Made by a program: the position numbers and the translations under genes
DNA from: a virus
Lineage: Duplodnaviria; Caudoviricetes
DNA: 35,266 nt
Direction: 5' to 3' (one strand)
IMG/VR virus record: IMGVR_UViG_3300046170_000061
Span: 1 to 35,266 of that record
The notes under the pieces: generated by a model
Told to the model about the DNA's origin: nothing
What the model saw: the letters and a program-made list of their open reading frames with translations, nothing else
The model's database searches: none
In this document: piece by piece, positions 25,565 through 35,266 of the stretch
Numbering within the stretch: position 1 is the first letter of the stretch
Layout: each line of letters starts with the position of its first letter

Positions 25565-28251
25565 TATTTAAGTCCTGGACAATCCTTTAATATTTCAATG
25601 ATTTTTTTATCATCGACTATATCTTCTATTATTTCTTTTTGTTTTTTCATTATTATTTTATCACCTTCTCCCCCAACTAATATTTCTTTTTCTGGATCTA
25701 ATTTAGAAATAAAATCTTTTACTTGTTTCTCATCATTAATATCAATATTTAGAGAACTAGATATTTCCTCATCTACAGCTTTTGTAAATGTTTTTGCTTC
25801 GTGTGGATCTGAATAATGATCTAAGTTTTTTGAAGTTTCTGATTCTTTAGGCTTTTTAGTTTGGATCTGTGTATATCCCTCAGATACTGAAAGGCGTTCA
25901 TTTCCCCCTGTACTAATCCCCTGATAATCGCCTCTTTCAATTGAACCTCGGACAGCTGTTTTAAAAGATTTGATTGCTTCTTGTTTACGACCATTTTTGT
26001 AGGCTTTTGCTGCTTCTGTAAGTTCATCTGATAAAGTTCCTTTCATATTAGCTAATTTCTTTATTTTTTCAATAGCAACGCTTGTTTCATCTAAAACATT
26101 TTGATTGTAGGAACTATCTAATTTATTTTTTCCAGACTTTGTAATATTTTCATCGTTCTTTAATAAAAAAGAAGAAATACTCTTGTCTTTTCTTAAATCT
26201 TTAATAGCAGAATCTAATACCTTAACTCTTTCTTCTATTAATAATTCCTTAAATTCCTGTGAACCAAACAAATCTTGAACTTCCCTAGTAGTAGTACCAG
26301 CAGATAAAATCTCATCTATTGCTGTATTAATTTGATCTAAATTGTCAAAATCAGTTTTTGATAAATATTCTAATATTTTTTGATGTAGATTTGGATCTTG
26401 AACTCTCATACCAACAGCAGCGGCTGTTCTATCTGGAATATTTTTTGATAAATAAAATTGCCATGCGACAGGATCTAATTTGGATAAACCAATTCCATAT
26501 CTAAGTGTTGCAGAATTTCCTAAAGCTCCTCGAATGTTATCTAAATATTCTGGAGTAATCTTTAAGGCTATAGCAACATCTGAAGCGGTAGCAGTGCCAT
26601 TATAAATGTTGATAGACATAGCCTCAAGCATAGTTTCTGCTTCTGTCCATCCATCTACTTCTCTGCGAACTGTTGCTAAGATATATGGTTTTTGACCATC
26701 TTTCTGAGCTTTAATTTTTTTAGCTAATCCTAATCTTTGATGACCATCTGCAATAACCTTTCTGCCATTTTCATATTCATAAATCATCACAACATTAGCA
26801 GCATCTTGATTCCAAACATTCTCTGATTTTAGTTTTGGAGATACCCCAAATTCATCTATCCCAGTTTTAAATTGAAATGTTTTAGGATCTGTTTCTATTT
26901 CATCTGGATCTAATTTTTGAAATCTAACAATAGGTTTACCAGAATGAGGATCAGCTTCTAAATCTAAAGGAGTATTTGGATCATCTGGTATCGATATTTC
27001 TCTATTTTTAAACAAATCCTCACCAGCTTTTTGCACTCTTTCAATATGCTCTACTTTACCAGCTATAGTTTTTTCTAAAGGATTTTCTTGTTCTAATATT
27101 AAATCTCCATCTAATATATTTTCTACTGTTTTAATAGTAGAGTTCTTAGAAGATTCTGGAATAGCTCGAAATATTTCTCTTAATTCTTTTGCAGAAAATT
27201 GATTAAAACTTTGATTAATATATGAAAAAAATTTTTTATTAAACTCTTGATTACTAAAATCGGACTCGTCTATCATCTTGTTTAATTCTTTAGAAAATAA
27301 TTTTAATCTTCCGCTCTCTGTTTTTTTTAAGATCTCAGTCATTCCTTTTTTGAAACCTTTTATAGTGTAAGCGGGAACACCACCAATTGCTGGAGCTAGA
27401 AAAAAACCACCAACACCAGCGGCAACTATTGCACCAGTAGCATCATCCCAAGAATAATCAGATCCTAATTTTTGATTATATGGAACAACTTTTGTTTGAA
27501 TACCAGCTTCTGCAGTCATTCCTATAGCTGCTTCTGTAAATGCAATTTTAGCCAAACCACTTAATGTACTGAAGTTGCCACCAGTAGCCATACTTAATGG
27601 TATAGTTCCCCAAATAATTGGATCAGTAAAAGCTCCACCCATTGTTCCCACCATACTGGGAATAAAGAATCCATTGTCAGCATACATTTTGTTAATTATT
27701 TGTTTTTGTTCTAAATCGGCTAATTGTGTTTTTCGTAGATTAAAGTAATAATCATAATTTCTAAAACCACCTTGTGGTGATCCTTTGGCTTCTGGATTTT
27801 CTTCTAACCATTTATCAATATCATCAACAATATATTTTATTTTTTCATTTGTATGTTCAGCATTAAATGTACTACCTTTAAATTCTTCAATAACTCCTTG
27901 AGCCGCTGGATCATTATCCTGTAGTATTCTTTGCTGAATATCCGATGCATATTTTTTATTGATATATTTATCATCTACTGCTGGAATATAATCATGTAAT
28001 CCTGGGGTGTCTTTTTTTCCCAAAGCTCTAATATCTTGAACAACTCTATCCATATCCTCCGTAACATTTTCTATTTCCGAAACAGAAGTTCTAAAATTTT
28101 CAAATAACTCAAAACTATCAGTCATTATTTCGCCAAATTCAACAGGAGCAGATTTGGCTGTTCTTTCACCAAAATAATCAGCTGGATTTCTTTTTAATTT
28201 TTTATCAGTAAAAAAATTTTTTTTAGATGTGGGTAAATTAAATTGTGCCAT
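25564..28251 (-). CDS. Large internal virion protein with a ParB/Srx-like domain
   Basis: Hydrophobic Gly/Ala segments in the N-terminal third; IETDPKTFQFK...VIADGHQRLGLA. Confidence 0.7.
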   Translation of the reverse strand: MAQFNLPTSKKNFFTDKKLKRNPADYFGERTAKSAPVEFGEIMTDSFELFENFRTSVSEIENVTEDMDRVVQDIRALGKKDTPGLHDYIPAVDDKYINKKYASDIQQRILQDNDPAAQGVIEEFKGSTFNAEHTNEKIKYIVDDIDKWLEENPEAKGSPQGGFRNYDYYFNLRKTQLADLEQKQIINKMYADNGFFIPSMVGTMGGAFTDPIIWGTIPLSMATGGNFSTLSGLAKIAFTEAAIGMTAEAGIQTKVVPYNQKLGSDYSWDDATGAIVAAGVGGFFLAPAIGGVPAYTIKGFKKGMTEILKKTESGRLKLFSKELNKMIDESDFSNQEFNKKFFSYINQSFNQFSAKELREIFRAIPESSKNSTIKTVENILDGDLILEQENPLEKTIAGKVEHIERVQKAGEDLFKNREISIPDDPNTPLDLEADPHSGKPIVRFQKLDPDEIETDPKTFQFKTGIDEFGVSPKLKSENVWNQDAANVVMIYEYENGRKVIADGHQRLGLAKKIKAQKDGQKPYILATVRREVDGWTEAETMLEAMSINIYNGTATASDVAIALKITPEYLDNIRGALGNSATLRYGIGLSKLDPVAWQFYLSKNIPDRTAAAVGMRVQDPNLHQKILEYLSKTDFDNLDQINTAIDEILSAGTTTREVQDLFGSQEFKELLIEERVKVLDSAIKDLRKDKSISSFLLKNDENITKSGKNKLDSSYNQNVLDETSVAIEKIKKLANMKGTLSDELTEAAKAYKNGRKQEAIKSFKTAVRGSIERGDYQGISTGGNERLSVSEGYTQIQTKKPKESETSKNLDHYSDPHEAKTFTKAVDEEISSSLNIDINDEKQVKDFISKLDPEKEILVGGEGDKIIMKKQKEIIEDIVDDKKIIEILKDCPGLK

Positions 28252-28774
28252 AGTTTTTTAAATACTCTGCCTCTTTGTTTCTTCTGGTAGGATATGCGTC
28301 ACCAAACTCTTGTAGTTCTTTATAAAGTGCATCCCAATCACCATCAGTTGCATATTTAATAAATGACGGAGTTCTTTTATAACTACCATATTGAAAACCA
28401 ACAGATATTAAAACTGTGGCTTGACCTTGATCTAAATCTTCAAAAGGCACAACTGGATCATAGGCTTCATATTGTCTTTGTAAATCTTTGGCATAAAACT
28501 GCCTAGAGCATTCATCAATATGATCTACATCATCTTGTTCTAAGACTAACGACTCTGCAAAGGCTTGAGCTTGTTCGCCATGTAAACCAAAGTAAGGTTT
28601 TAATTTATTAATTACTCTTTGGTCTATGCCAATAGCCTGGCAAAAAACTTCATTCTTTTCTTTTAGATCAAAACCACTAGCTATAGTAACACCAGAATTA
28701 TTAGTAGGCTGATATCCTTGACGAATGCCTTGACCTTCTAGCTCGTGTATAAAATCCCAATCTATGTTATTCAT
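28238..28774 (-). CDS. Pesticin-type (T4 lysozyme-like) muramidase
   Basis: IDWDFIHELEG...GYQP..SGVTIASGFDL...SVGFQYG...RRNKEA.YL. Confidence 0.85.
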   Translation of the reverse strand: MNNIDWDFIHELEGQGIRQGYQPTNNSGVTIASGFDLKEKNEVFCQAIGIDQRVINKLKPYFGLHGEQAQAFAESLVLEQDDVDHIDECSRQFYAKDLQRQYEAYDPVVPFEDLDQGQATVLISVGFQYGSYKRTPSFIKYATDGDWDALYKELQEFGDAYPTRRNKEAEYLKNYGTI

Positions 28775-31086
28775 TTTTGTTTATAAGATTCTTTTAATCT
28801 TGGCAATATTGCTGATAAATCAAAGACTATCTCTTTTCCATCTTTGTCTTTATAAATGTCATAAATATCCCCATTAGGATTATTGAAATAAATATGATAC
28901 TTTCCATATTCCTCAGTATTTTTTAAATAAATTTTATCTTTATTTTCAAACAAATCTTTTGCTAAAAATTCTTTTCCTTCATAAAATGGTCTATTTATTT
29001 TAGGAAGAAACTCTTGTCCTGGTTCTTTAAACTGTATTCCTTCTTCTGTCATGTTTGGAGTTTCGTAAGTAGCTGTTGCTAAATCAAATAATTCTTGATC
29101 TAATGTATCTTCTAAAAATGTTTTTAAATCTGTAAAACTTTTATCTACAGTTCCATTCCTCATTTCTTGAGGAAGAATAATATGATTATCATCTCCAAAT
29201 TCTGCAATACCTCCAAAATATCCATCACCATATTGGACTAAACCAGCAGCTTCTTGAATAGACAGATCCCAAGCATCTATTGCTTCATCGCTATAAGGAT
29301 CATCCTCTTGAGCAACAGCTATCAGTGTTGGTGATTCTAAAACTTTATTATAAAAAATATATTTAGCTGATTCAAAAATTTGATTTTTGGTTTGTGGCAA
29401 AACCTCATCTAATGACGGAGGTAGTAAATTGTTTGTTACTGTAAAAAATCCATCAATCACTTCTAAATTACTTAATTTAAAAGATTCAACTATTTTTTTG
29501 TTTTGATCGTTATCTCTAACTTTTAACCATCCATCCAACATATTTTTTGTAACTTCTGTATGCCTACCATCATTCATCATCATCATTAAACCAGCTTGAG
29601 AAAACATAGGAACTGATTTCGCTAATTCACCAAAAGCAATAGCAGCATCATCTCCAGAGATATAAGTAATATTTCTTATCAATGTGGTCATACCATCAAA
29701 GTCAGCAGTCTTGGTGTAATTTTTAATATTATCTATAGCCTCTGGTTTAAAATATTGAATTTCACTTCTGTCATACCTATTAGAAATTTGCGTAACAATA
29801 GCTCTATAATTATCAGCTTCTTGTTTAAATGTATCAAAATCAGATTCTAAAAAATTAATATCAGGAACAGCAGCAATACCAAAATCTTCTGCCATATTTA
29901 AAATATCCTTATTAATCATAGTTTCCATTTTGCCTACTAACTTTTCTAAATTAGATTGGTAATCGCTTTCAGCGATAGTTACGCCTTTTCCAGACATAGC
30001 TGCTTCTGTGTTTTCTCTTGTTACTCTTGTTAATTCTTCTTGAACAACAGGTAATGGTGAATTTCTCATTAATGTAATATTTTGAAAATTTTCTGCTGCA
30101 CTATTTATTTTTTCTAATAATGGAGTAACTTCATCTTCTAAACCAAATTGTTTAGAATACTCTATCAAAACATCACCTCTACTGTAGAGGTCTTGTAAAT
30201 CTGTTAAACTGCCAAAAAGATTTGGATTTTTTGTAACTTCTAAAAAGTCATTGGTATCTGATTTTAATTGAGAAATATCGCTTTTTACTTGAGCTTTTAA
30301 TGTTTTAATTCCTGTTTCAATTGCAGATTGTGCTTTATTGCTAAGAATGTTTAGTGTTTTTGGTTCTATACTTTTATCGTAATAACCATTTTTGTAATTT
30401 TCTAAAAAGACACTAGGGTTATCTACTACTAATTTTTCTGCTTTTCTTTCTTCTACTGTTTTCATCACAGTTTCGAAATAACCATTTGGCATAGGGATTC
30501 CATCTCTTGCTGAATCCTCTATTAATTTTTCAATATTTATCCTTGATGCAAATTCTTGTGCTTTGTTTCCACCAGCATTTAGTATTTTATTTGTTTCGAA
30601 CTCAATATTGTTATTTAATGTTTTAACGCCATCTTCTCTAATATTTTTCCATACAGATGATTGAACATTAAGATATTCATTGTTGTAAATTTCATTAGCT
30701 TTAGAGGTAAATAATTGTTTAACAACAGGATCTTTAGCTGTAGTTGCAAGACTAGCTATTAAAGACTCACTACCTTTTTGGAAACCTGGTAAGGCTGTAT
30801 TTGTATCTGGATTATTTTGTGCATCAAAACTTAGTTCATTTAACCCAGGTGTATTTTCACTACCTTTTAAATATTGATCTATTAATTTTGATGTTTCTGT
30901 TTTTCTTTGTAATGATGTTTGTGCCTCATAAAACTTTGAAGAAATTTTTTGAACATCACCCGCTAATCGTGCTGCTGCTTCAAACGGAGCTGCTGCTGCT
31001 GCTCCAATATCAGCAACTGGTCTAGCTCTTGTACCCGTCTGAGATGTAATTTGAGTCTTGGCTTTAAATTCTGGTATTTGTACCAT
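28771..31086 (-). CDS. Internal virion protein (T7 gp15 position)
   Basis: 771-aa helical protein in the core-gene block. Confidence 0.65.
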   Translation of the reverse strand: MVQIPEFKAKTQITSQTGTRARPVADIGAAAAAPFEAAARLAGDVQKISSKFYEAQTSLQRKTETSKLIDQYLKGSENTPGLNELSFDAQNNPDTNTALPGFQKGSESLIASLATTAKDPVVKQLFTSKANEIYNNEYLNVQSSVWKNIREDGVKTLNNNIEFETNKILNAGGNKAQEFASRINIEKLIEDSARDGIPMPNGYFETVMKTVEERKAEKLVVDNPSVFLENYKNGYYDKSIEPKTLNILSNKAQSAIETGIKTLKAQVKSDISQLKSDTNDFLEVTKNPNLFGSLTDLQDLYSRGDVLIEYSKQFGLEDEVTPLLEKINSAAENFQNITLMRNSPLPVVQEELTRVTRENTEAAMSGKGVTIAESDYQSNLEKLVGKMETMINKDILNMAEDFGIAAVPDINFLESDFDTFKQEADNYRAIVTQISNRYDRSEIQYFKPEAIDNIKNYTKTADFDGMTTLIRNITYISGDDAAIAFGELAKSVPMFSQAGLMMMMNDGRHTEVTKNMLDGWLKVRDNDQNKKIVESFKLSNLEVIDGFFTVTNNLLPPSLDEVLPQTKNQIFESAKYIFYNKVLESPTLIAVAQEDDPYSDEAIDAWDLSIQEAAGLVQYGDGYFGGIAEFGDDNHIILPQEMRNGTVDKSFTDLKTFLEDTLDQELFDLATATYETPNMTEEGIQFKEPGQEFLPKINRPFYEGKEFLAKDLFENKDKIYLKNTEEYGKYHIYFNNPNGDIYDIYKDKDGKEIVFDLSAILPRLKESYKQK

Positions 31087-31586
31087 TATAATCCACCATA
31101 TTTTCTTGTGTAAGCAATATCAGATGCTCCACCTAATAATGTACTACCAGCCTGGAAGTATGATCCAATAGCTCTTTGTCTACCAGTGTATCTAGCTAGT
31201 CCGCCTTCCATTCTAGAAATGACTGCTGCTTCTCTATAATCACCAGCTTCTATAGATGCATTGTATTCTATGTTTTGTCTTTCAATAGCTGCTTCTGTTA
31301 AATAATCTTCCATCACTGCTAAAGGCGTTCCCCTGGATGGATCTACACCAGAAAAAGCATAGGCTCTTTCTACACTAGCAAAAGTCTTTTCAAAATCTTT
31401 GTTAAATAATTTAACATTTCTTTCACCAATTTCTTTAGATCTTTCAGCTTTTTGTTCGTAAGTAGCAGCGTTTTGTTCAGCTATTGTTTGTTGATATTTA
31501 CCAGCTGATTCTGCTGCTTGACCAGCTTGAACACTAGCTACTGCTCCTGTTACTGCGGAAGCTATAAGTATTGTTTCTATACCCAT
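31086..31586 (-). CDS. Internal virion protein (T7 gp14-like)
   Basis: Hydrophobic Ala/Gly N-terminus, Gln/Ala helix, SGV...GTP motif. Confidence 0.75.
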   Translation of the reverse strand: MGIETILIASAVTGAVASVQAGQAAESAGKYQQTIAEQNAATYEQKAERSKEIGERNVKLFNKDFEKTFASVERAYAFSGVDPSRGTPLAVMEDYLTEAAIERQNIEYNASIEAGDYREAAVISRMEGGLARYTGRQRAIGSYFQAGSTLLGGASDIAYTRKYGGL

Positions 31587-32035
31587 TTTACTATCCTTGC
31601 ATACCTTATATGATCTTGATTTGAAATATATTTTTTCATTATTCCTTCATTTTCTAATCCTAGCCATTTAGCAAAACGATGACCTAGTTTAAAGTTTTTC
31701 TTCACTGTTGTCTGTAATCGTACAATTTTATTTTCTTCAATCAACTGTTCTAATGCTTTTTTAACAACCCTTGCTGTTGCCACAGGATGATCCCATACTT
31801 TATTAGAAGCAATAACCCATCCCTCATAAACACCTTCCCATAACAAAGTTACACCACCTGATACAATACAATCACCATTATAGACAGCTGTAAATGATTT
31901 CCCCGGTTCTTCTAAATGGTGTAAGTGATCTTCCCAAACTTTATCTATTTGTACATTAGGATCATTCATAATACCTCTTGTCATTGTCAAACCATGTTCC
32001 GTTCTGAAAGGTATTATAGATAGATTACCCTTCAT
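31577..32035 (-). CDS. GNAT-fold protein (T7 gp13 position)
   Basis: Likely start MKGNLS; GG...LWEGV.EGW, RLQTTV...RFAKWLGLENEG. Confidence 0.75.
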   Translation of the reverse strand: MKGNLSIIPFRTEHGLTMTRGIMNDPNVQIDKVWEDHLHHLEEPGKSFTAVYNGDCIVSGGVTLLWEGVYEGWVIASNKVWDHPVATARVVKKALEQLIEENKIVRLQTTVKKNFKLGHRFAKWLGLENEGIMKKYISNQDHIRYARIVKWV

Positions 32036-34286
32036 TTGTTGTAACTCTAGGATATATGCCAATAATATTAATTGGTAAAGGCTGTGTTTGCCTTACATAA
32101 ATATATCCATCAGTTTCAAAATCTCCTCTAAATTCTACTTGTTTATCCCCAGTAAATGGTGGTATCGCAACATCCATAGGATTAGCACTAGATCTAAATG
32201 GTATTCTTTCCATGTTATATAAATCTGATCCTATCTCTACACCTACAGAAGCTAGTAATCTTATTGTTACATCGTGTATACGTTTTGTTTGACCTTGAGC
32301 TACACCTTCAGCAGCTCCCGCTTCTATACGCATTGTTTGTAATAAACTTGTATATCCTAATCCTACACTTACTTTAGTTGAACTTCTATCTAAGGTTATT
32401 GATCCATTAGATACAGTTTTATCTGGATGTGTTGCACCATCAGCCAGGATAGCTACAGTTTCACCTTCTAAATGATCTAAACCAGATATAGTGGTAGTAG
32501 CTGAACCATTGTAAGATAAACCACTATCAACAAAAAAAGCATCAGCAATATTTGTTCCATAATCATAATTATTTAAATACTCTACATATCTCCTTGTTGT
32601 TCCATTTATATTTCTTTTAACAACCATATATAGATCATCTTCATCTGCATCACCAGGTATTGTTGCTAGATTTTCTACATGACCAAAACTATCTGATCCA
32701 AATGATCCACCTAGTTCGTGAAGATGCCATCCGACTACATCTTCTGCTCTTTGATATGTTAATCCTATTAGCTTTCCATCTTCTCTTGCACCCCAGATAA
32801 TACTCTCTGGTTCTTGTTGATATGATAATTCTTTTATACCCGACTCTGTAACATTCTCTGCTAGGATTGTCATGTCAGGTGCAACATAAGAGTCAAAGTC
32901 AAAACTATAAGTTAATTCTCTAATTTTTCTTTTTGCTCTTTGTAGAAACATCGTAACGTTAGCTACCTGGATTGCATCTACATTAGCAGATCCGTAAGAT
33001 GTTTGTCTTTGAATTTGTATATTAGTTGGTGTGATAGGTTGTGTTGTACCTGAAGCAGATACCACAAACTCACCACCGACTGTTCCCGCAATCAATGATC
33101 TTTGTGCAGATAAAAATCTAATACTATTCACTTTGTTTGATGCGATTGTATAAATCATCGCTGAAGTATCATTAACACTTGTATGATATCCATCATCAAA
33201 ATTTTGATATTCGTTTACTTTAGAAAAGAATAATGTTTGTGGTTCTTCGTTTGTACCCGCAAACACTAATCGTTGTTCAAAGAAAGTAACACTAGAGGGA
33301 TGACCAGTTGTATCTGAGAATGATCCTAATGCAAAATCTGTATTGGCTGAACCTGAACCTAGAGATACTTTAACTGTACCGACTACTTCTGTTGTAGAAG
33401 TAAACGCAGTAATAATAGCATGACCTTCATGAAAGTGTATAGCTCTACCAACATCAGTTGATTTAAATCCATCACCTCCATTAATACCTGTTGTTGATGA
33501 TGCGGTAAAAGTTGCTGATGATCCTACAGTTGTATGAGATGCTGTTAAAGTTGTTGATGTATCGTTATGTGGCTGAAATGGAGGAACATTAAATTCTACC
33601 TCATCTAAAATCCAATTCGTATGACCAGTCCTAGAGAGTTTTCTAACTGCGTAATTTGGATGTACGAGGTACATAATATCAGCAGATTGTGCAAATTTAA
33701 TACCACCTACATCACCAGCTGCATAAGGTGATGTTATCTCATAAATCCTAAAAACAGAACCACCAGAAGCATAGGCAGTAAAACTACTAGAGTTGATGTT
33801 ATTCCCATCAACATCCTGTAACTCAAATGTGTTGGTTGTTTTGTTAGCGACTTTAAAAGTCTTTCCATTAACTTCCACCATTCCTGTAACTGAACTAATA
33901 ATGACATGATCTCCATTGTTATAACCATGTGCAGCTGCGGTTACTACTGCTGGATTAGCTTGTGTGATGTCTGTAATTGACACAGCTGATTCTGTGATAA
34001 TTCCTTTGTCTTTGTAAAAACGAATATATTGATCTCCAAACTCCATGACATAAGTTTGAACTGTAGAAAATTCAAAAGGTATTAACCTTACAGTATCGGA
34101 GCTATTTTTTACTTCGTGAACAAAAGATGTTCCTGGTCTGCGACTTGCACCACCATGTGGTTGAATTGTAAAATTACTAATGGTTTTTGCACCATTATAA
34201 TATTTAGTGAGATCTGTTCTTCCGTCTAACCTGGGGGATAATTGACCAGCTGTAAAGTTGGTATAAGCAACAGTTTGTCTTGGCAT
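32025..34286 (-). CDS. Tail tubular protein B / nozzle
   Basis: NFTAGQLSP...RRPGT, AQSAD and FFEQRLVFAG motifs; 753 aa. Confidence 0.9.
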   Translation of the reverse strand: MPRQTVAYTNFTAGQLSPRLDGRTDLTKYYNGAKTISNFTIQPHGGASRRPGTSFVHEVKNSSDTVRLIPFEFSTVQTYVMEFGDQYIRFYKDKGIITESAVSITDITQANPAVVTAAAHGYNNGDHVIISSVTGMVEVNGKTFKVANKTTNTFELQDVDGNNINSSSFTAYASGGSVFRIYEITSPYAAGDVGGIKFAQSADIMYLVHPNYAVRKLSRTGHTNWILDEVEFNVPPFQPHNDTSTTLTASHTTVGSSATFTASSTTGINGGDGFKSTDVGRAIHFHEGHAIITAFTSTTEVVGTVKVSLGSGSANTDFALGSFSDTTGHPSSVTFFEQRLVFAGTNEEPQTLFFSKVNEYQNFDDGYHTSVNDTSAMIYTIASNKVNSIRFLSAQRSLIAGTVGGEFVVSASGTTQPITPTNIQIQRQTSYGSANVDAIQVANVTMFLQRAKRKIRELTYSFDFDSYVAPDMTILAENVTESGIKELSYQQEPESIIWGAREDGKLIGLTYQRAEDVVGWHLHELGGSFGSDSFGHVENLATIPGDADEDDLYMVVKRNINGTTRRYVEYLNNYDYGTNIADAFFVDSGLSYNGSATTTISGLDHLEGETVAILADGATHPDKTVSNGSITLDRSSTKVSVGLGYTSLLQTMRIEAGAAEGVAQGQTKRIHDVTIRLLASVGVEIGSDLYNMERIPFRSSANPMDVAIPPFTGDKQVEFRGDFETDGYIYVRQTQPLPINIIGIYPRVTTNEG

Positions 34287-34873
34287 TAAAACCTCGAATT
34301 AATAAATGTTGAACTGTCTATATAATCTGGTGTTCCTTCGGTTGCGTCTGCATGTCTAGCTAATCTTAGTTTCTCATTGTAATCTTGTTTCAATGCAACA
34401 GCTAAACTAGTTGAACTAGTAATGGCATAACATAATTCAGCTGCTAGTCTTGCTACAATAGACTCAATTAATAAACTATCGTATTGAGTAGGATCAACAA
34501 CCCTGGCTGAATAGATTAAATAAACTGTATCTTCATCGGTTAATATTTTTCTACCTTCTACTTTAAACTTTTGACCACCATCTACATTAGAGGATGATCC
34601 ATCGTGGTAGCCACCTAATGACAAAACCCTAATACAATCACTAGGTAGCTGATATTGATATGTATATTCGTGTGTTGGACTAGCTGTGTCTTGAGCTAGT
34701 TGAACTCTTTTGACTAAACAATTCCAGGTATGTTCTCTAAATACAGCATCTCGTAATGGTTCATATCGCTGATTACATAATCTTGCATTCTTACTATCTT
34801 CTGTTAATGCAGTGATATTATTAGCACCTAATATATTTAATGCTGAGTTACAAATTTCTACTACTGATGTCAT
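34286..34873 (-). CDS. Tail tubular protein A / adaptor
   Basis: VEICNSALNILG...H.WN...YQLPSDCIRV. Confidence 0.9.
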   Translation of the reverse strand: MTSVVEICNSALNILGANNITALTEDSKNARLCNQRYEPLRDAVFREHTWNCLVKRVQLAQDTASPTHEYTYQYQLPSDCIRVLSLGGYHDGSSSNVDGGQKFKVEGRKILTDEDTVYLIYSARVVDPTQYDSLLIESIVARLAAELCYAITSSTSLAVALKQDYNEKLRLARHADATEGTPDYIDSSTFINSRF

Positions 34874-35163
34874 CCTACCATTGTCTTTCTATCTGATTTT
34901 TTATTTCTATTAGCAAAATTTCTTGCTGCCTCTTTACTACCAAAACCCCAGGCTCTTAATGCTAGTGCTAATCTTGTTGGCTCTCCATTAGGTTTTTTCA
35001 TTCCCCCTTGCATTCCAGCAAAACGAGCAGCAAAAGATACTCTGCGTGGATTTGTTCCCGACTTAACTGGTGCTTTTAAATTACTACCTTCTTTTCTTTT
35101 ATAGTAATCTCTACCAGCCTGGTTTAATCCACCACTTTTGTTTTGATATTTCTTTAAAGGCAT
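34870..35163 (-). CDS. Small basic protein (DUF6321-like), ending RKTMVG
   Basis: GGLN.AGR.YY....GSNLKAPV...RR.SF.ARF.G...ALRAW. Confidence 0.8.
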   Translation of the reverse strand: MPLKKYQNKSGGLNQAGRDYYKRKEGSNLKAPVKSGTNPRRVSFAARFAGMQGGMKKPNGEPTRLALALRAWGFGSKEAARNFANRNKKSDRKTMVG

Positions 35164-35164
35164 C

Positions 35165-35266
35165 TTAACCGATCATAGTTTTCTTTTTTGTTTTTCTAAT
35201 TTTTTTTAAATCAGCAGCTTCAATCTTCTTTGGATTACCAGCTACTGCTGCAAGTTTCTTTTGTTT
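35165..35266 (-). CDS. 3' part of the junction-spanning 41-aa basic protein (...KQKKLAAVAGNPKKIEAADLKKIRKTKKKTMIG)
   Basis: 34 codons in frame with 24..1; TAA at 35167-35165. Confidence 0.85.
   Translation of the reverse strand, partial: KQKKLAAVAGNPKKIEAADLKKIRKTKKKTMIG

Noticed and set aside
23272-33928. Short antisense or off-frame ORFs inside the core and tail genes
   Set aside because: Nested in long conserved CDSs with no supporting signals

Overview
The window looks like a complete, circularly permuted genome of an AT-rich tailed phage with podovirus morphogenesis genes. A 41-aa ORF reads in frame across the 35266/1 junction. The gene set resembles marine uvMED / HTVC010P-type phages, and an alphaproteobacterial (possibly SAR11) host is an inference only. 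There are two divergent arms. The + strand arm (8216-13731) carries small ORFs, a C5 DNA methyltransferase, a PD-(D/E)xK nuclease, a single-strand annealing protein and a DUF3310-like protein. The long - strand arm runs Cro-like HTH, iteron-containing replication initiator, TerS/TerL, portal, scaffold, major capsid, then across the junction to tail tubes A/B, internal virion proteins (one with a ParB-like domain), a pesticin-type muramidase, tail fibre, a paralogous receptor-binding cassette, an envelope-protein cassette, holin and nucleases. I found no DNA polymerase, integrase, tRNA or CRISPR array. Three genes are split by single-base homopolymer insertions, probably sequencing errors. The best unexplained signals are: (1) a shared C-terminal [KR]KT[ML][IVL]G peptide on four otherwise dissimilar small basic proteins around the head genes; (2) a translationally coupled 13-aa, 5-Cys micro-ORF heading a three-gene exported-protein cassette; (3) a structured RNA leader before the capsid gene; (4) a 15-bp operator-like palindrome at several promoters; (5) strong CCWGG over-representation.
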